Assembly (NCBI GenBank): GCA_965218585.1
Contig: CBDCLE010000001.1
Span: 1 to 64,000, forward strand
Direction: 5' to 3'
DNA length: 64,000 nt
Origin: Terriglobia bacterium
GTDB taxonomy: Bacteria > Acidobacteriota > Terriglobia > 20CM-2-55-15
The position numbers and the translations under genes are program-made. Shown one piece after another: positions 60,802-64,000 of the stretch. The notes under the pieces are model-generated. The model did not search any database. It saw only the letters and a list, made by a program, of their open reading frames with translations, and was not told the origin of the DNA. Numbering within the stretch: position 1 is the first letter of the stretch; every line of letters starts with the position of its first letter.

Positions 60802-62952
60802 GCGTGCCTGGCAGCACGCGTTTCCGGCGGGTTAAAGTCCCGCTCGGCCCGAGGCCACGGGTCGATATCCAATAAGTGGGGGTAATGCCTCACTGGCCGA
60901 AGTGTAGGCGGGTATGCAAATGCCTAAACGGGCACGAAGGCGAAAGCCGGATACGGCCAAGACAGAGCTGGATCCACCTACGGAAACTTTGGAGGGCAGG
61001 GCGCCCACCGCGAGGTGGGGTCTGAAGGGCATGAGGAGAACCACCGGGTCGTAATCGACGGGAGCGATCCCGAGGATGAACCGGTCGGCCAAAGATGGGG
61101 AATGGTCGAGCCCGCACTATGGGGGCGAAGGCACATTGGTTCCCCCCCATCGCACCAAGGTGTGTGCGGGCGACACGGTGGAGAAGAGACACGAGTGACC
61201 CAGGGAGGCCTGGTATTGTCCGGGCGGAAGGTAAGGTCGAGATGGTGTGGCACCCGCAGACGAAAGGGCGGGCAACGGAGAAGACAAACATCGACCTAGA
61301 GCCCCGCAAGGTAGGTGCGGATATAAGCGAGAGCGAAGTTCCGGCCGACGCGGTGCCAGGAATCGGATCAGGGAATAGTACTCAGGAACGAGACACCGAA
61401 CATAAGATCTCGGATCGTTGCTTCAAGCAGCGGCGCTGGCGGGTTCAAAAGGCCCGTTGGAGGGGGAAGTCCCTGTACTCAGTTGTGATTGTGCGAGCGA
61501 GGGAAAGGCGGAGGTATCGTGACCTTGGACAGTTCCCTTAGTGAAAGACCCAAACGCGATTCGGACGAAGCCGCCGCCCGTCACCACACAGCGACATTGG
61601 AAAGCAAACAGGGAAAGAAGCGAAAGGTCCACTCGCTGATCGACAAGGTGTTTAGTCGCAAGAATCTGGAGTTGGCCTGGGAGAAGGTGAAGCGGAACCG
61701 AGGTAGTGCGGGCATCGACAAGGTGACCGTTGAGCAGTTTGAAACGCGCAAGGAGGAATATCTGGCCTTGTTGCATCAAAGACTGCGAGATGGCAGTTAT
61801 CGCCCCAAGCCGGTTAAGCGAGTCGAGATCGGGAAGTCCGACGGAGGAGTGCGAAAGCTGGGGATACCGGCCGTGATGGATCGGGTATGTCAGCAGGCAC
61901 TGGTCCAGCGGATGGAACCGATCTTCGAGCCGCTGTTTCTGGACTGCTCATTCGGGTATCGCAAGGGGCGTTCGCCTCACGATGCGATGCGGAAAGTATG
62001 GGTAGAGCTGGGCGAGGGAGACCTATGGGTAGTTGATGCCGACTTGCGGCAGTTCTTCGACACGATTGACCAGGAGAAGCTCCTCGACTTAATTGCCGAA
62101 GAGATCAGCGACGGCCGAGTACTGGGACTGATCCGGGTCATCCTGGGTTCGGGGGTGTTGGACGGAGGTTGCTGGCAACCCACGCGGACGGGAGTTCCCC
62201 AAGGGGGAGTGGCCAGTCCGTTGTGGTCAAACATCTTTCTGACGCCGTTTGACCGTGAGATGACCCGACAAGGTTACAGACTCACACGCTGGGCGGACGA
62301 CTTCGTGGTGGTCTGCAGGACACCGTCGGAAGCCCGGCAGGCACTCGCATGTGCAGAGCGGTTTCTCTGGGAGGCACTTGGAGTTCGGCTCCATCCGAAG
62401 AAGACGCGGATTGTACACGTCCGACAGGGCTTCGAGTTCTTGGGGTACAAGGTGAAGCAAGGGAAAGGCCTGCGCCTGTCCGATACACAGAGGCAGGGTC
62501 GCGGAATGCATCCCTATAACCTGTACGCCATTCCACGGGAAAAGTCGGTGGAGAGGTTCCGGACGCAAATCCGACACCTCTCGCGCCGAAAGGCTCCCCT
62601 CACGCTGGGCGAAGTCATCGACCAGCTCAACCCAGTGATTCGTGGTTGGGGGAACTACTACCGCAAAGCGCGGGTGCGCCGACTCTTTAACCAGTTGGAC
62701 CGTTGGATTGAGCGCCGTATCCACTCGTTTCTCGCGAAACGGTGGCGCAATACGATGTGGCGCCGCTATCCGGCACGACGACTGATTCGGGAGTTTGGTT
62801 TGGTCCGACTGACGCATCTGATCCCCGGTCTTGTGGACCGGTGACTTCGAGCGAGGAGCAACTGAGGAAAGCGGCTTGCGGGAAAACTGCACGAGCCGTT
62901 TGATTGAGCGGACGGTGGAAGGGCGGCTCTGCCCGACCACTTTCGACTCTAC
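60802..62952 (+). mobile_element. Complete group II intron (probably bacterial class E)
   Basis: 5' end GCGTGCCTGGCA; domain V AAGCGGCTTGCGGGAAAACTGCACGAGCCGTTT; domain VI ending CGACTCTAC. Removal restores the host frame. Confidence 0.88.
61597..62844 (+). CDS. ltrA: Group II intron reverse transcriptase/maturase (no endonuclease domain)
   Basis: AWEKVKRNRGSAGID, RKLGIP..DR, SFGYR, DL..FFD, GVPQGG, RWADD, FLG and X domain LNPVIRGWGNYY; start uncertain (ORF open from 61489). Confidence 0.92.
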   Translation: MESKQGKKRKVHSLIDKVFSRKNLELAWEKVKRNRGSAGIDKVTVEQFETRKEEYLALLHQRLRDGSYRPKPVKRVEIGKSDGGVRKLGIPAVMDRVCQQALVQRMEPIFEPLFLDCSFGYRKGRSPHDAMRKVWVELGEGDLWVVDADLRQFFDTIDQEKLLDLIAEEISDGRVLGLIRVILGSGVLDGGCWQPTRTGVPQGGVASPLWSNIFLTPFDREMTRQGYRLTRWADDFVVVCRTPSEARQALACAERFLWEALGVRLHPKKTRIVHVRQGFEFLGYKVKQGKGLRLSDTQRQGRGMHPYNLYAIPREKSVERFRTQIRHLSRRKAPLTLGEVIDQLNPVIRGWGNYYRKARVRRLFNQLDRWIERRIHSFLAKRWRNTMWRRYPARRLIREFGLVRLTHLIPGLVDR

Positions 62953-64000
62953 ACCGATCCTCGGTATGCGCCCGGGCCGTACCCATCGCATCGTTGTGGT
63001 CGTTACCAATGAGAATGGGGTCAGCGCCTCGTCGGAACCACTGGAGCTCACGACCGATCCACTTCCGGATGATTTCCCCCCCATAGAAGTGAGTGTCAGC
63101 CGGCCAGACCTCATGGAGCTGGGCGTCACCCTGTTGGAGCCTGACTACAGCCCGGAGGATCGAAGCGAGCGGGATCATGAACTACTGGTGGCTGTCGATG
63201 AGGCTGGTGAGGTGGTCTGGTACTACCAGTCAGATCAGTCGGTGTCGGATGCCCGGCGGATGGAGAACGGCAATCTGTTTTATATGTCGGGTGGAACGCA
63301 TCTCCATGAAATCGACATGCTCGGGAACCGGGTGTCCGAATGGCATACCAATGGTGCTCCAGAAGACGAGGTAGGGGCCAATAGCATCAACGTTGATACG
63401 GAGAGGCTTCACCACGAAGCGTTTCCAACTCCGTTGGGGAACATCCTGGCGCTCGGCAGCGAAGTGCGTACCTACGAGGGATACCCCACCAGCGACACGG
63501 ACCGGGAGGCCCCCACAGCCACTGCTGATTTGATCGGAGATGTCCTGGTGGAGTTCACCCGCCAGGGCAAAGTCGTTCATGAAGTAGGAGTGTTGGATCT
63601 GCTCGACCCGTATCGCATCGGTTATAACTCGATAGAAAACGGGAGAGCTGGAACAGCCGTCTTTGGAGAACCGGGTGCGCATCCTCGCCATGACTGGACT
63701 CATGGCAACGCTGTGGTTTCAGACCCGACCGGGCGTTACGCGATTGCCTCACTGCGACACCAGGACGCTGTAGTGAAGGTCGATATGGAGACCGGGGAAT
63801 TGATCTGGATTCTCGGTAACCACGGCGGTTGGGGGCCCGAGTGGCAACGCTACCTGTTGCAAGCGAGAGGCGACTTGTTGTGGCCGTATCATTAACATGC
63901 CCCGATGATTACACCTCAAGGAACGATGCTGATCTTCGACAACGGCAACAACAGAGCGCGACCTTTCGAGGAGCCGATGCCCCCATCAGAGTCCTTCAGT
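62953..64000 (+). pseudogene. Aryl-sulfate sulfotransferase, 3' exon (runs off window; TAA at 63893)
   Basis: G.VVWY, EIDMLG, HHE, DWTHGNA, SLRHQD, WILG and PYH*HAP..FDNG. Confidence 0.85.

Noticed and set aside
61489-62844. Retron or diversity-generating retroelement RT
   Set aside because: It has a maturase X domain and flanking domain V/VI structure; no template/variable repeat pair was seen.
19274-64000. tRNA-anchored prophage or integrative element
   Set aside because: No integrase, phage structural genes or repeated tRNA 3' end seen downstream.

Overview
High-GC bacterial chromosome segment, probably from an Acidobacteriota (inferred from gene content; the TPR, ankyrin, Fn3 and aryl-sulfate sulfotransferase content would fit a marine or sponge-associated lineage). 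Bases 1-22 kb are mostly housekeeping: N-acetylornithine carbamoyltransferase, a divergent serS, htpG, peptide ABC permeases, queC/queE, dinG, a JAB + MoaD/ThiS pair, der, merR, two tRNA-Pro, surE and amgK/murU-like genes. This part carries an IS1182 and an IS110/IS1111 element with a candidate bridge/seek RNA. Bases 22-32 kb encode secreted, TPR and ankyrin proteins. Bases 32-55 kb are a decayed mobile region: IS1380, resolvase, IS110 fragment, IS256 (full and partial), IS701 (full and partial), IS6 fragments, a group II intron 5' remnant, higBA, a truncated katG and a broken large surface protein. Bases 55-64 kb hold amidases, an aminotransferase and a complete group II intron inside a sulfotransferase pseudogene. 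The most unusual signal is a dispersed 90-bp element found three times upstream of genes. Each copy has 29-bp inverted arms around an exactly 32-nt spacer, and the three spacers are unrelated to each other. Many gene splits are 1-base indels at homopolymer runs and may be sequencing errors.
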